A stretch of 64,000 nt of DNA from assembly GCA_963767925.1 (NCBI GenBank), contig CAVYGB010000008.1:1280001-1344000 (forward strand), written 5' to 3'. The position numbers and the translations under genes were made by a program. Positions 18,373 through 34,577 of the stretch are shown piece after piece. Under the pieces are notes generated by a model. That model did no database searches. It was not told the DNA's origin and worked only from the letters and a program-made list of their open reading frames with translations. Source of the stretch: an uncultured delta proteobacterium (GTDB lineage Bacteria > Myxococcota_A > Polyangia > Fen-1088). How positions within the stretch are numbered: position 1 is the first letter of the stretch; every line of letters begins with the position of its first letter.

Positions 18373-18432
18373 CGCCGAGCTTGCTCGGCGCGGAGCTTCG
18401 CGGGGGGGGCCGGGACCCTCTCAGGGTCCCGG
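18373..18432. repeat. Double hairpin (REP-like / terminator) between convergent genes
   Basis: cgccgagc-tt-gctcggcg and ccgggaccct-ctc-agggtcccgg inverted repeats. Confidence 0.55.
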
Positions 18433-18445
18433 GAAGAATCTCCGG

Positions 18446-19021
18446 TCAGTGGATGCGGGCGGTGTGGGGCTGGGCAGCCAGGATCTCGGCCTCCTCGACC
18501 GCGAGGGCTTCCAGGCGCTGGTCGGCCTCCCCCTCGGGCAGGCCCCGGGCGGCGAGGGTGCGGAAGATCTCCGCGTGCCGGTCCTCGGCGTTGGCCAGCG
18601 TGCGGTAAAATCCGGCCAGCTCCGCCTCGCCGCGCCAGCCGAAGCCCTCGGCCAGGAGCGCCAGCCGCTCGTGTGAGCGGGCCTCGATCAGGGCGGCCAC
18701 CAGCAGGGCGTCCATCTTGCGGTGGGGCTCCTGCGACCGCACCCGGTCGAACAGGGCCCGCGCGTACTGGTTGGGCCGGTCGGCGCGCGGCCGGTGGCCC
18801 AGCCGGGCCAGCAGCTCGCCCACCTGGACCACGTGGCTGGTCTCCTCGTGCGCCAGGCGGCCCATGAGGATAACGACCTCCCCGTCGTGCGGATACCGCC
18901 GAACCAGGGAGAGGGCGTTTTCGGCCGCCTTCCGCTCGCAGTGCAGGTGATCGGAGAGGAGGCCGCCGAGGTCGGCGGTGGCCACCGCGAACCAGCCCGC
19001 GGGCGTCGTGCTCTTGAGCAT
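18446..19021 (-). CDS. miaE: tRNA ms2i6A37 hydroxylase (di-iron)
   Basis: DHLHCERKAA, LAHEETSH, ALIEARSHERL, AEDRH. Confidence 0.88.
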   Translation of the reverse strand: MLKSTTPAGWFAVATADLGGLLSDHLHCERKAAENALSLVRRYPHDGEVVILMGRLAHEETSHVVQVGELLARLGHRPRADRPNQYARALFDRVRSQEPHRKMDALLVAALIEARSHERLALLAEGFGWRGEAELAGFYRTLANAEDRHAEIFRTLAARGLPEGEADQRLEALAVEEAEILAAQPHTARIH

Positions 19022-19026
19022 CGGCC

Positions 19027-21759
<2,733 letters not shown>

Positions 21760-21800
21760 GGCCGGGTTGTACCACAGGCGCACGCACCGGTCGGCTGTGC

Positions 21801-22472
21801 TCAGGGCCAGCGTGGGCGACGGACCTTGATCGGTCCGATCGTGTCGGCCACGGCCGCGCCCTCGAGGCGGAACTTCCAGAGCTTGGACAGGGCGGAGACG
21901 GCGCCCGCCGCCCCGAAGAGCGCGGCGGCGGTCCCCAGCGCCCACGGCAACAGGGCGGGCCGGATCGAGATACCGGTCGGCAACCTCACGGTCGCATCGC
22001 AGAGCTCGGCGGAGGCCTGGGTGGCCCGGAAGGGGCCCGCCCCCCCGCTGGCCGGGTCGAACAGCACCCCGCTGGCCTCGACGGTCTCCCCCTGCCGGAT
22101 CAGCACCTCCTCCACCCGCACCCGGCCCTGGAGGCCGAAGTGCGCCGCCACCGCGAGCGCGCCTGCTGAGCCCTCCCGGTGCAGGACCGGCTGCGCTTCG
22201 ATGCGCAGGCGTTCGGCGTCGACCCGTACCGGCTGGGGGGCCACCGTGGGATCGGCCGACCAGCGCAGCTCGAAGGGCTCGGGGGCCAGCGCCTCGTGGA
22301 CCAGCTCCATGGTGGGCGCGATCCGCTCGAAGATGCGCAGCCGCCAGTGCACGCAGGGTGCTCCCGACGCTGGCGAGGCGAGCAGGTCGCCCGACGCCCC
22401 GACCTGCCCGCGCAGGGTGGTGATGACCGGCGCGATGGGATCCCGTGTTTGCAGCGACTGCGGTGGCTTCAT
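21801..22472 (-). CDS. Hypothetical membrane protein, possibly GIDE-like domain
   Basis: [21 protein letters not shown] and [15 protein letters not shown] segments; C-terminal hydrophobic helix. Confidence 0.5.
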   Translation of the reverse strand: MKPPQSLQTRDPIAPVITTLRGQVGASGDLLASPASGAPCVHWRLRIFERIAPTMELVHEALAPEPFELRWSADPTVAPQPVRVDAERLRIEAQPVLHREGSAGALAVAAHFGLQGRVRVEEVLIRQGETVEASGVLFDPASGGAGPFRATQASAELCDATVRLPTGISIRPALLPWALGTAAALFGAAGAVSALSKLWKFRLEGAAVADTIGPIKVRRPRWP

Positions 22473-22497
22473 GGCACGACGCCTCCCAACGTCATGG

Positions 22498-23988
22498 CTA
22501 AGATGATCCTTCCCGGTCGTCTCCGTCCCGCTCCCGTACCTCGCCCTCGACCGATCGGGATGGGTCTCCGTGGGCCGAGGCGTATTCTTCGAGCTTGCGA
22601 TAGAGGGTCTTGCGATCGAGGCCGAGCCGCTGCGCCGCCCGTGTCTTGTTGCCCCCCTCGGCCTCGAGCACCCGCTGGATGTACTCCCGCTCGAGCTCGT
22701 CGAGCGTCAACCCCTGGGCCAGGGCCGTGGTCAGCCGATCCTGATTCTTCCGGTCCCGCATCGCGGGGGGCATGTCCTCGGCGCTGACGATCTCGCCCTC
22801 GGCGAGCGCGACCGCCCGCTCGACGACGTTCTCGAGCTCGCGGACGTTGCCCGGCCAGCCGTACCCCAGGAGGATCTTCTTGGCGCTCTCCCGGAAGCCA
22901 TGGATCGACTTGCTCGCCCGGCGGGCCGACCGGGCCAGGAAGTGTTCGGCCAGCGGCAACACGTCCTCGATCCGGTCGCGCAGGGGCGGAAGGTCGATGT
23001 GGATGACGTTGAGCCGGTAAAACAGGTCCTCCCGGAAGCGGCCCTCCTTGAGCCGCTTCTCGAGCTGACGGTTGGTGGCGGTCAGGACCCGCACGTCGAC
23101 CCGCTCGGACTTGGTCGCCCCCAGGGGCCGCACCTCCCGTTCCTGCAGGACGCGCAGCAGCTTGGGCTGCAGGGGGAGGGGCAGCTCGCCGATCTCGTCG
23201 AGGAACAGGGTGCCTCCCGAGGCCTCGACGAACAGGCCCGGCTTGTCGGCCCGGGCGTCGGTGAAGGCGCCCCGTTTGTAGCCGAACAGGTCGCTCTCCA
23301 GCAGGGTCTCAGGGATGGCGGCGCAGTTGATCGCCACGAACGGGCGGGCCGCCCGGGGGCTGTGGGCGTGGATGGCCCGCGCCACCAGCTCCTTGCCCGT
23401 CCCCGACTCGCCGGTGATGAGGACGCTGGCCTGGGAGGCCGCCACCCGCCGGATGAGGGCGAAGATGTCCTGCATGGCCCGGGACTGGCCGATGATGTTC
23501 TCGAAGCGAACGCTGCGGGCGACCTCTTCGCGCAGCCGGGCGACCTCCGACCGGAGGGCCACCTCGCTGAGCGCCTTCTCGATGACCAGCACGAGCTGCT
23601 CGATCTCGAACGGCTTGGTGATGTAGTCGAAAGCTCCCAGCTTGACCGCCCGGATCGCGGTGTCGATGGAGCCGAAGGCGGTGATGGTGATGACGTGGGG
23701 GGCGGGATGGACCTCCCGCACCTCGCGCAGCAGATCGAGCCCGTCGAGGTCCGGCATCTTGACGTCCGAGACCACCAGGTCGACCCCCCCCTGCTTGACC
23801 CGCTCGATGCCCGCCCGGGCGCTGCCCGCGGTCTCGACCCGGAAGCGCTCGTGTTCGAGCTCCTCCCGGAGGTAGTCACGCATGGCGGCGTCGTCGTCGA
23901 CGACCAGGATCACCGCGCGGGCCTGCGCCGCCCCCCGGGCGGGACCGCTGATGGCGTGTGAGGGCGTGGCGGTGGCGCCTATCGTCAT
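22498..23988 (-). CDS. sigma54-dependent response regulator (NtrC family)
   Basis: Receiver [44 protein letters not shown], Fis HTH. Confidence 0.95.
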   Translation of the reverse strand: MTIGATATPSHAISGPARGAAQARAVILVVDDDAAMRDYLREELEHERFRVETAGSARAGIERVKQGGVDLVVSDVKMPDLDGLDLLREVREVHPAPHVITITAFGSIDTAIRAVKLGAFDYITKPFEIEQLVLVIEKALSEVALRSEVARLREEVARSVRFENIIGQSRAMQDIFALIRRVAASQASVLITGESGTGKELVARAIHAHSPRAARPFVAINCAAIPETLLESDLFGYKRGAFTDARADKPGLFVEASGGTLFLDEIGELPLPLQPKLLRVLQEREVRPLGATKSERVDVRVLTATNRQLEKRLKEGRFREDLFYRLNVIHIDLPPLRDRIEDVLPLAEHFLARSARRASKSIHGFRESAKKILLGYGWPGNVRELENVVERAVALAEGEIVSAEDMPPAMRDRKNQDRLTTALAQGLTLDELEREYIQRVLEAEGGNKTRAAQRLGLDRKTLYRKLEEYASAHGDPSRSVEGEVRERDGDDREGSS

Positions 23989-24016
23989 GAACCGATTCGC
24001 ATCGTGGGCTTCCTGG

Positions 24017-25543
24017 TCAATGCTTGCTCAGTCGGGCTGGTTCGGCAAGCCCGCTCGCGGTCACTTCACCTGCCGGACCCTCGGTCGAAACCGGCAAGAA
24101 CACTCGGAATAACGCCCCCCCCTCGGGACGATCATCGACCTCGATCCACCCGTCGTGGTCCTTGACGATGCCCTTGGCCACCGCCAGGCCCAGCCCGGTT
24201 CCCTCGCCGGTGTCCTTGGTCGTGAAAAATGCCTCGAAGATCTTGTCGCGATCGGCGCTGGGGACCCCGATGCCGGAGTCCCCGACCTCCATCAGGAGGT
24301 AGGCCCCAGGGGCGCTCAGCGCCAGCCCTTCCTTGCGCCGCATGACGTGCTCCAGCTTGACGCTGAGCCTGCCGCCCGAAGGCATCGCATGGACGGCGTT
24401 CATGACCAGGTTCAGGCAGACCTGCTGGATCTCGCCGGGGTCCCCCGGGATGCTGGGGAGGTCCCGGGGCGCCTTGACCGTCGGATCGATCCGCTGCCTC
24501 TGCAGCAGCTCGGCCACGAACTCGAGCGACTCGGCCACCACCCGGTGCAGGTCGACGTGGGTGAGGGTGGGGCGGCTCTTGCGGGAAAAGTCGAGGACCT
24601 GGCGAATGATCCGGGTGATGCGATCCACCTGGGTGGTGATGATGTCGGCGTTCTTCTGGACGTCGGCGGCGTCCTGGCTGCGGCGGGCGAGCGAGCGGGC
24701 CCGCCCGCCGATCACGTTGAGGGGGGTGCCCAGCTCGTGGGCGATCTCGGCCGCCATCTGACCCATTGTCGCGAGCTTCTCCGAATGACGCAGGCGGGTC
24801 TCGAGCGACAGGCGGGCGGCGTTGGCCCGCCCCTCCTTGTCCCGGGCCTCGCGCAGGTAGTTGGTCATGGCGTTGAACCGTCCGGCCAGGCTGCCGATCT
24901 CGTCCTCCTTCTCGGGCAGGAGGGCGCGCGAGAGGTCGCCCTTGGAGACGGCGTCGATGGCATCGATGAGCCGCCGGAGGGGCGTCACAACCCCCGAGAT
25001 GAGCAGGAGGTACATCACCGCCCCGAACACCAGGACCCCGGTGAGCAGCAGGGGCAAGATCCGCCAGGCGGTGTGCACCACCTCGTCGCCGATGTAGCTC
25101 ATGTCGCGCTTGAGCCCCAGATAGGCCACCGCCTGCCGGGCCGGATCGGCCGGCAGGGCATTGTGGAGGGGGATCGCCATGGCGTAGACCGGGCGTTGCA
25201 CGAAGAACCGGGCCGCGGGGGCGTCGACCGCGCGGGCCTCCTCGATGAGGGCCGTCCAGGCAGGATCGTCGGTCCGCCGCAGGCCGGCCAGCAAGATCTC
25301 GAGCTTGAACGAGCCCCCTTGCTGCTCGGCCCAGACCACCCGGCGCTGCAGGACCTCCTGGGCCTCACCGGGATCGAGGGGCTCGATGCCGGCGGCGAGG
25401 GCCTCGGCCACCGCCAGGGCCTGCCGGTGCAGGTCGCGTTCGAGGTCGAGCCCGCGGATGTGCAGGACCGCCGTCGCCGTAACCCCGAAGACCCCCGCGG
25501 TCAGCAGGGTGGTCACGACGGCGATGCGGGGACCCAGCTTCAT
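24017..25543 (-). CDS. HAMP-domain sensor histidine kinase
   Basis: Two TM helices, [18 protein letters not shown]-box [34 protein letters not shown]. Confidence 0.95.
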   Translation of the reverse strand: MKLGPRIAVVTTLLTAGVFGVTATAVLHIRGLDLERDLHRQALAVAEALAAGIEPLDPGEAQEVLQRRVVWAEQQGGSFKLEILLAGLRRTDDPAWTALIEEARAVDAPAARFFVQRPVYAMAIPLHNALPADPARQAVAYLGLKRDMSYIGDEVVHTAWRILPLLLTGVLVFGAVMYLLLISGVVTPLRRLIDAIDAVSKGDLSRALLPEKEDEIGSLAGRFNAMTNYLREARDKEGRANAARLSLETRLRHSEKLATMGQMAAEIAHELGTPLNVIGGRARSLARRSQDAADVQKNADIITTQVDRITRIIRQVLDFSRKSRPTLTHVDLHRVVAESLEFVAELLQRQRIDPTVKAPRDLPSIPGDPGEIQQVCLNLVMNAVHAMPSGGRLSVKLEHVMRRKEGLALSAPGAYLLMEVGDSGIGVPSADRDKIFEAFFTTKDTGEGTGLGLAVAKGIVKDHDGWIEVDDRPEGGALFRVFLPVSTEGPAGEVTASGLAEPARLSKH

Positions 25544-25611
25544 CTTTCGGTCATTGTACCAACGGCCGCCGGCGTGCGTCCGGCGGCCGCGCGGGGTAAG
25601 AAGAGGAGCAT

Positions 25612-25878
25612 ATGCCGATCACACCCGAGACGATCCGCGCGCGCGTCGAGGAAGCCCTCCCCGACGCCTCGGTCACGGTGCGCGACACCACCGGCCAGGG
25701 TGACCACTACGCGGTGGCCGTGGTGAGCCCCAGCTTCGAGGGGCAGGGGCTCATCGATCGACACCGGCGGATCTACGCGGCGCTCGGCCAGGCCATGCAC
25801 CGTGAGATCCACGCGCTCGCGCTCGACACCCTGACGCCGGCCGAACATGCTGCCCGGGGCGCCGCCAAGAATCGCTGA
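25612..25878 (+). CDS. bolA: BolA/IbaG family protein
   Basis: GDHY, VVSPSFEG, RHRRIY, IHALAL; GAGGAG SD. Confidence 0.9.
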   Translation: MPITPETIRARVEEALPDASVTVRDTTGQGDHYAVAVVSPSFEGQGLIDRHRRIYAALGQAMHREIHALALDTLTPAEHAARGAAKNR

Positions 25879-25897
25879 CGACCAAGGAGACGACGAT

Positions 25898-26224
25898 ATG
25901 AACGAGGAGCTTCGCGCCCGCATCGAGCAGACCATCGCCCAGCAACGCATCATGCTGTTCATGAAGGGCAGCCCGTCGATGCCGCAATGCGGATTCTCGG
26001 CCACGGTGGTCCAGATCCTCAAGCAGCTCGCGGTCCCCTTCGGATCGCAGAACATCCTCGCAGATGCCGAGCTGCGCGAGGGCCTCAAGCAGTTCTCGAA
26101 CTGGCCCACCTTTCCCCAGCTCTACGTGGACGGAAAGCTGGTCGGCGGCTGCGATATCATTCGCGAGCTGCACGCGCGCGGCGAGCTCGCACCCCTCCTG
26201 GGGACCGCGAACGCCGCGTCGTGA
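25898..26224 (+). CDS. grxD: Monothiol glutaredoxin Grx4
   Basis: LFMKG..PQCGFS, WPTFPQLY, GGCDI; AAGGAG SD. Confidence 0.95.
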   Translation: MNEELRARIEQTIAQQRIMLFMKGSPSMPQCGFSATVVQILKQLAVPFGSQNILADAELREGLKQFSNWPTFPQLYVDGKLVGGCDIIRELHARGELAPLLGTANAAS

Positions 26225-26227
26225 AGT

Positions 26228-26257
26228 TTGACACAGGGGGAGAAGCGGGGGTACGGT
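26228..26257 (+). promoter_or_regulatory. Putative sigma70 promoter
   Basis: TTGACA-N18-TACGGT upstream of an AGGAGGAGG SD. Confidence 0.5.
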
Positions 26258-26285
26258 GCCTGCCTCCAAAGGAGGAGGTACACCG

Positions 26286-26789
26286 ATGCGACATTTCCGT
26301 GCTCTTTCCCTCGTCGCCGCGACGCTCGTTGCTCTGGGCCTGAGTGGCCATGCTCTCGCCCAGGACACCGCGGCGGCCGGATCGGGGCGGGGACCTCTCG
26401 GCCTGGGCTTCGCGCAGACCTTGCGCAACGTCAGCGGCGTCAACGTGGTCTACGACCCCGGGCCGTGGCATGCCGACGCGATCCTCGGACTGGCGGGGAA
26501 CGGCGCGACCGTCATCAACATCGCCGGGCGGGGCTGGTACCACCTCCACGCGACCGGGGCCTCGGACTTCTCGCTCGGCGGCGGCCTGGCGCTCCAGAAC
26601 ACCAATCCGGACGTGGGTGAGAGCGCGAACCTCCTGTTCGTCGAGCTGGGCGCCATGATCCGGCTGTTCGCCGCCTCCAACGTGTCGATCAGCCTGTTCG
26701 CCGGGCTGTCGGTCGGCGCCGCCGACGCCGACGGGTTCGTCATCAGCGCGCAAGAAGTCGGGGATCTGTCCCTGACCTACTTCTTCTAG
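26286..26789 (+). CDS. Small outer-membrane beta-barrel protein
   Basis: Strong SD, signal peptide ending ALA, amphipathic strands, C-terminal LTYFF. Confidence 0.7.
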   Translation: MRHFRALSLVAATLVALGLSGHALAQDTAAAGSGRGPLGLGFAQTLRNVSGVNVVYDPGPWHADAILGLAGNGATVINIAGRGWYHLHATGASDFSLGGGLALQNTNPDVGESANLLFVELGAMIRLFAASNVSISLFAGLSVGAADADGFVISAQEVGDLSLTYFF

Positions 26790-26842
26790 CAACCGCTTGT
26801 CCCCCGCCGCGGGGCGCGCCTGCTAGACTTGCGCGCCCCGCC

Positions 26843-29808
<2,966 letters not shown>

Positions 29809-29839
29809 GCGGCCGCCCTCCCGTCACCCCGAAAAAAAT

Positions 29840-30260
29840 GCGTCTCGCTGGAGCGCGGCTGTAAGCCGGGTTCTGTGCCTGTGCTCGTTGCCGCGCACAG
29901 GTGATGGTCATTCCTCTGGGCCGTCCGTTGCCGGACGGCTCCTGCGACCGACTCGGAGCCGGATCGGCGCGGGTCACGCCGGCGGGTTTCCCCGCGGCCC
30001 CTGCTTGGTCTTGCACCGGGTGGGGTTTGCCATGCCCCTCCCGTCACCGGGAGGGCGGTGCGCTTTTACCGCACCATTTCACCCTTACCAGCCGACCGCG
30101 CTCGCGCGCGGCCGTCCGGCGGTATTTTTTCTGTGGCACTTTCCTTCGAGTCACCCCGACTGGCCGTTAACCAGCACCTTGCCCTATGGAGCCCGGACTT
30201 TCCTCGACGGCGCGCCTTGCGGCGCTCCATCGCGACCACCCACCGTCTCCAGCGAGACGC
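29840..30260 (-). ncRNA. rnpB: RNase P RNA (type A)
   Basis: Minus strand GAGGAAAGTCCGGGCTCCATAGGGCA..AGTGCCACAGAAAA..GGGTGAAATGGTGCGGTAAAAGCGCACCG..GGCAAACCCCACCCGGTGCAAG..ACAGAACCCGGCTTACAG; terminal P1 gcgtctcgctggag/ctccagcgagacgc; T-run downstream; TATACT -10 at 30267-30272. Confidence 0.97.
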
Positions 30261-30297
30261 GCGGGGAGTATAGCCGAGGCTCCGGGTACGTCGGGGC

Positions 30298-31065
30298 TCA
30301 GGCCTGAGCTTTTTTCGGCTCGGCGGGGGGCGGGGCGGGGGGCGCGGCCGGATCCTTCATGAGCTCTTCCCAGAAGATGATCCGGTGGCAGTAAGGGCAG
30401 GTCTCGATCGAGGTGCCGCGCTGAAGGACGTTGAAGAGCTGCGGGGGAATGTTCATGTTGCAGCCGCGACAGGTGCCGTTGGAGACCGGCGCCATCGCCA
30501 GGCCCTTGCCGGATGCGGATGGCCCCGTACCGCTTCAGCACGTCGGACCGCACGGTCGCCGCGATCTTGTCCCGATCGGTCCGCAGGGCGGCGATCTTGC
30601 CATTCTATCTCGGCCATCCGAGCCTTGGCCTGCTCGTCGTCCTTCTCTGCCGTTGAGCGCAGGGTACGGACGTCGCCGTCCCGCTCCGCGAGGAGCTTTT
30701 CCTTGGACTGGATCGCCTCGACCAGCTTGGTGATCTCGGTCTGCCGGACCGCCAGGCTCTCGCGGGTCATGTCCAGCTCGCGCTGGGCCGCCGCGTATTC
30801 CTTGGTGTTCTTGGCAGCGGACTGCTTGCTCTTGGCGTTGGCCAGGTGCTCCTCGTCGGCCTGAACGAGGGACTTCTGCTCGTTGTGGTAGCGCTGGGTC
30901 TCCGCGATCTGTGCCCGGTCGTTGGCGAGCAGGCCTTCTACGCGCGACGAGGTCGTTCCGAGTGGCCTCGAGCTTCGCGGGGATGGCCGCGAGGGCGTTG
31001 GTAAGCTCTTGAATCTGGGCATCGTACTTCTGAAGCTCTTCGAGCTTCTTAAGCTGATCGCGCAA
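30298..31065 (-). CDS. Coiled-coil C4 zinc-ribbon protein (DUF164/CT398-like), frameshifted
   Basis: GGAGG SD + TTG; LEELQKYDAQI coiled coil; C-terminal CRGCNMNIPPQ..CPYCHRI; pieces lie in three frames. Confidence 0.85.
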
Positions 31066-31158
31066 ATGTACCTCCGATTATCAACATGAACTTCGATCGA
31101 CCGGCAAAAGCAAGCGCGCCCGGCAGGGAGCTCGGTTCGGCGGGGGGCTCTCCGGAAG

Positions 31159-31231
31159 TGGGCCCACCTGGATTCGAACCAGGGACCAGGCGGTTATGAG
31201 CCGCCAGCTCTGACCGCTGAGCTATGGGCCC
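31159..31231 (-). tRNA. tRNA-Ile2 (CAT anticodon, lysidine type); CCA not encoded
   Basis: GGGCCCATAGCTCAGCGGTCAGAGCTGGCGGCTCATAACCGCCTGGTCCCTGGTTCGAATCCAGGTGGGCCCA cloverleaf; paired 1-72 and no 3 G-C anticodon stem argue against the initiator; Ile2 vs elongator Met is an inference. Confidence 0.88.
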
Positions 31232-31365
31232 CCAGGCTTTCCTTTTACCCGTTGCAAACAAGGCCAAAAATCTTACCGAGGCGCACGTCGACTGTCCAGG
31301 TAGGGCATCACGAAATTCGCGGCCAACCCAGATATATTGTCGAGGCTGGGAGGCCGGCGCGACCA

Positions 31366-32172
31366 CTACCGCGTCAGCCATCCGGCCGCGACGCCGACGA
31401 GGAGCAGCAGGCCGAGCGCCACCCGGTAGACGACGAACGGGGTGGTGGCGTGCGTGCGCAGGAAGCGCAGCAGCCAGGCGATGCTGAAATAACCCGAGAC
31501 GGCCGCGGCGGTCAGGCCCAGCGCCAGCGGGCCCACGCCGATGCCCTGGGCGCCGATGACCTTGGGGAGCTCGAAGACGCCGGCCGCGCCGATGGCCGGC
31601 ACCGACAACAAGAAAGAGAAACGGGCGGCTGCGTCGCGACGGAGGCCCAGCGCCATGCCGGCCACCAGCGTGATCCCGGAACGTGACACGCCCGGCACCA
31701 GCGCCAGCGCCTGCGCCAGGCCGATGAGCAAGGCGTCGCGCAGGACCACCTGGTCCAGATCGCGCTGGCCGGAGGCGAGGCGGTCGGCGACCGCCATGAG
31801 GATCGCAACAACGATCAGGGCGACGGCGATGACCTGCAGCGACCGCAGCGGGCCCTCGACCGCGTGCCGGAAGCTGAGGCCGGCGATGCCGATGGGGATG
31901 GTCCCCACCAGGAGGTAGAGGAGCTGCCGGGCCTCGGGCCCTCGCCGGCGGGCCGGATCGAGCAGCGCCGAGAGCATGCCCGCGAGCTCGCGCAGAAAAA
32001 AGCCTATCACCGCGACGAGCGACCCGAGCTGGAGCACCGCCGTGAAGGCCGCGCCGGGGTCCGGCCGCCCCAGGAGCGCCGGAAAGACGCGCAGGTGAGC
32101 CGTCGAGGAGATCGGGAGAAACTCGGTCACTCCCTGCAACAGGCCGAGCAGGATGGCTTCGAGCACGTTCAT
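31366..32172 (-). CDS. uppP: Undecaprenyl-diphosphate phosphatase
   Basis: QGVTEFLPISSTAH, QLGS, ALVPGVSRSGIT, AARFSFLLSVP. Confidence 0.95.
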   Translation of the reverse strand: MNVLEAILLGLLQGVTEFLPISSTAHLRVFPALLGRPDPGAAFTAVLQLGSLVAVIGFFLRELAGMLSALLDPARRRGPEARQLLYLLVGTIPIGIAGLSFRHAVEGPLRSLQVIAVALIVVAILMAVADRLASGQRDLDQVVLRDALLIGLAQALALVPGVSRSGITLVAGMALGLRRDAAARFSFLLSVPAIGAAGVFELPKVIGAQGIGVGPLALGLTAAAVSGYFSIAWLLRFLRTHATTPFVVYRVALGLLLLVGVAAGWLTR

Positions 32173-32231
32173 GGGCGGCACGTCCGGAGAATAGGGGGAC
32201 GGCCATCTTAGCACGTCGCGGCGAGCAGTGA

Positions 32232-33329
32232 TCACCAGCGTAGAAGCCGCCGCACGGCCCGCCAGTACAGCCGCGACAGCGGGTTGGCGAGGCGGGTGAC
32301 CGGCCAGGCAGCGACCGCCGGAAAGACGATCTCTCCGGTGAAGGCGGTGATCAGCTCGCGGTCCGCCACCCGCCTGAGGGCCTGCACCGCCCGGCGCCGG
32401 GCCCTCATCCGACCCCAGCGCCTGGGCGCGAGGAAATACCGGTATGCCCGGGCCTTCTCCCGCCACCAGCCGCCCTGCAAGGCCATCGCCCACACGGCGC
32501 CCTCGGCCGCCAGCAAGGCGGGCGCCAGCAGCAGCAACGTGCGCCCGCTGTAACACCAGAACAGCACCAGCCAGCGGTTGCGCTCCAGCCAGTGGAACTT
32601 CCCGGCGCCTTTGTGGAAGGTGTACCTATGGCGGACGCGCGAGGCCGGCGCGAAGAGCACCCGGTGACCGGCCAGGCGGGCGCGCCAGCCGAGCTCAGCG
32701 TCCTCCTGGTACAGGAACAGCTCGTCCGCGAAGAGGCCGATCTCCCGCAGGGTGGACAGCCGGACGAGCACGCCCGCCCCGCTGGGATAGGCGATCTCGC
32801 GGGGGGCCCGGAGCTTGTCCGCCACTGCCGGGTCGTCCAGGCGCTGTCCGTCGCCGGCGGCGTAGCCGAAGCCGAGGTAGTGCAGGGCGTTGCCCGAGCT
32901 GTTGACCACCGCCGGATCCGCCTGGCGGAGCAACAGGCTCTGCACGAGCGCGATGGCCGGGTCGCGGCTGGCGACCTCGAGGACGGCTTCGAGGAAGCCG
33001 GGCTCCACCTCGGTGTCCGGGTTGAGCAGGTAGGCGAAGGTGTCCCCCTCGGCCAGGGCCTGTCGCAGGGCCAGGTTGTTGCCGCCGGCAAAGCCGAGGT
33101 TCACCGCGCTGGCGACGAAGGTGACGGGAAGCCCACCCCGGGTGTGGCCGCCGTCCGCGGCGAGCAGCTCCCGGCGCACCAGGGCCGGGGTGCCGTCCTG
33201 GGAGGCGTTGTCGACGAGGATCAGGCGCACCCGGCCAGGGTCCAGGCCGGCACCATCGAGCGCCCGGAGGCAGGGGCCCAGCTCCGGGGCGTGGTTGTAG
33301 GAGACGACGACGATGGCGGTCCGGACCAT
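32232..33329 (-). CDS. Glycosyltransferase family 2
   Basis: VVVSYN, VDNASQDGT, NLGFAGGNN, LLNPDT, FLYQEDAELGWR. Confidence 0.92.
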   Translation of the reverse strand: MVRTAIVVVSYNHAPELGPCLRALDGAGLDPGRVRLILVDNASQDGTPALVRRELLAADGGHTRGGLPVTFVASAVNLGFAGGNNLALRQALAEGDTFAYLLNPDTEVEPGFLEAVLEVASRDPAIALVQSLLLRQADPAVVNSSGNALHYLGFGYAAGDGQRLDDPAVADKLRAPREIAYPSGAGVLVRLSTLREIGLFADELFLYQEDAELGWRARLAGHRVLFAPASRVRHRYTFHKGAGKFHWLERNRWLVLFWCYSGRTLLLLAPALLAAEGAVWAMALQGGWWREKARAYRYFLAPRRWGRMRARRRAVQALRRVADRELITAFTGEIVFPAVAAWPVTRLANPLSRLYWRAVRRLLRW

Positions 33330-33413
33330 GAGGGGATCGACGCGGCAATGCGCACACTACAGGCCCCCGGCTCCGGTGGCGACCGATCGCCCGGCCGTGC
33401 TAGACGGACCCGC

Positions 33414-34553
33414 GTGAGCATCGCGACCGCCATCCCCAACCAGGACCTCCAGGCCCACCTCGCCCCCCTCGTGGAGGAGCTGAACGCCGCCGCCCGCCGG
33501 GTCATCGCCTCGGGCCGGTTCATCCTGGGCAGCGAGGGCGAGGCCTTCGAGAAGGAGGCGGCGGCGGCCTGTGGCAGGCGCGAGGCCATCGCGGTCTCCT
33601 CGGGGACCGATGCCCTGCTCGTCTTGCTGATGGCGCTCGGGATCGGGCCGGGCGATGAGGTCGTCACCACGCCGTTCACATTCTTCGCCACCGCCGGAAC
33701 CATCGCCCGTCTGGGGGCTCGCCCGCGCTTCGTCGACATCGAGCCCGACACGCTCAACCTCGACCCCGCCCGGGCGGCGGAGGCCCTCGGCCCCCAGACC
33801 CGCGCCGTCATGACCGTTCACCTGTTCGGCCGCCTGGCCCGCACCGAAGGGTTGCGCGAGGCCTGCCAGCGCGGATCGATCCCGCTGCTGGAGGACGCCG
33901 CCCAGTCGATCGGGGCCCGGGTGGGGGCCCAGGGGCCCCGGGTGGGCCAGCTCGGGCGCGCCGCCACCCTGTCGTTTTTTCCCGCCAAGAACCTCGGCGG
34001 CCTGGGCGACGGGGGCATGGTCGTGACCGACGACAGCGCGCTGGCCAGGTCGATCCGGGTGCTGCGGGTGCACGGGGGCGAGCGCCGCTACTACCACGAG
34101 GTGGTGGGGGGCAACTTCCGCCTCGACGAGATCCAGACCGCGTTCCTGCGCGTGCTCTTGCCCCACCTGCCGCGCTGGACCGATCTCCGGCGCGAGATCG
34201 CCGCGCGCTACCGGGCCAACCTGGGGGACCTGGCCGCGCGCTCCGCGGCGCTCGTGCTGCCGCCCGACGATCCCGGCTGCGTCTGGAACCAGTTCGTCGT
34301 CCGGGTGGGCGATGGTCGTCGCGACGCCCTGGCGGCGCACCTGAGCCAGCGGGGCATCGCCAGCGCGGTCTATTACCCGATGCCTCTGCACCTGCAGGCC
34401 TGCTTCGCCTCTCTGGGTCACCGCCCGGGGGACTTCCCGGTGGCCGAGCGCGCCTGCCAGGAGGTCCTGGCGCTCCCGCTCTACCCCGAGATGCCCCTCG
34501 CCCACGTCGACACGGTGTCCGAGGAGATCGGCACCTTCCTCGGCAAGGCTTGA
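33414..34553 (+). CDS. DegT/DnrJ/EryC1/StrS aminotransferase
   Basis: SSGTDAL, EDAAQSIG, SFFPAKNLGGLGDGG, NFRLDEIQ, YYPMPLHLQ. Confidence 0.93.
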   Translation: MSIATAIPNQDLQAHLAPLVEELNAAARRVIASGRFILGSEGEAFEKEAAAACGRREAIAVSSGTDALLVLLMALGIGPGDEVVTTPFTFFATAGTIARLGARPRFVDIEPDTLNLDPARAAEALGPQTRAVMTVHLFGRLARTEGLREACQRGSIPLLEDAAQSIGARVGAQGPRVGQLGRAATLSFFPAKNLGGLGDGGMVVTDDSALARSIRVLRVHGGERRYYHEVVGGNFRLDEIQTAFLRVLLPHLPRWTDLRREIAARYRANLGDLAARSAALVLPPDDPGCVWNQFVVRVGDGRRDALAAHLSQRGIASAVYYPMPLHLQACFASLGHRPGDFPVAERACQEVLALPLYPEMPLAHVDTVSEEIGTFLGKA

Positions 34554-34577
34554 TCGCCTCCGAACGGAACTCGTCCG

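Noticed and set aside
31159..31231. tRNA as integration site for an island containing the glycan locus
   Set aside because: No integrase and no duplicated tRNA 3' end was seen, and the locus lies on the 5' side of the tRNA.
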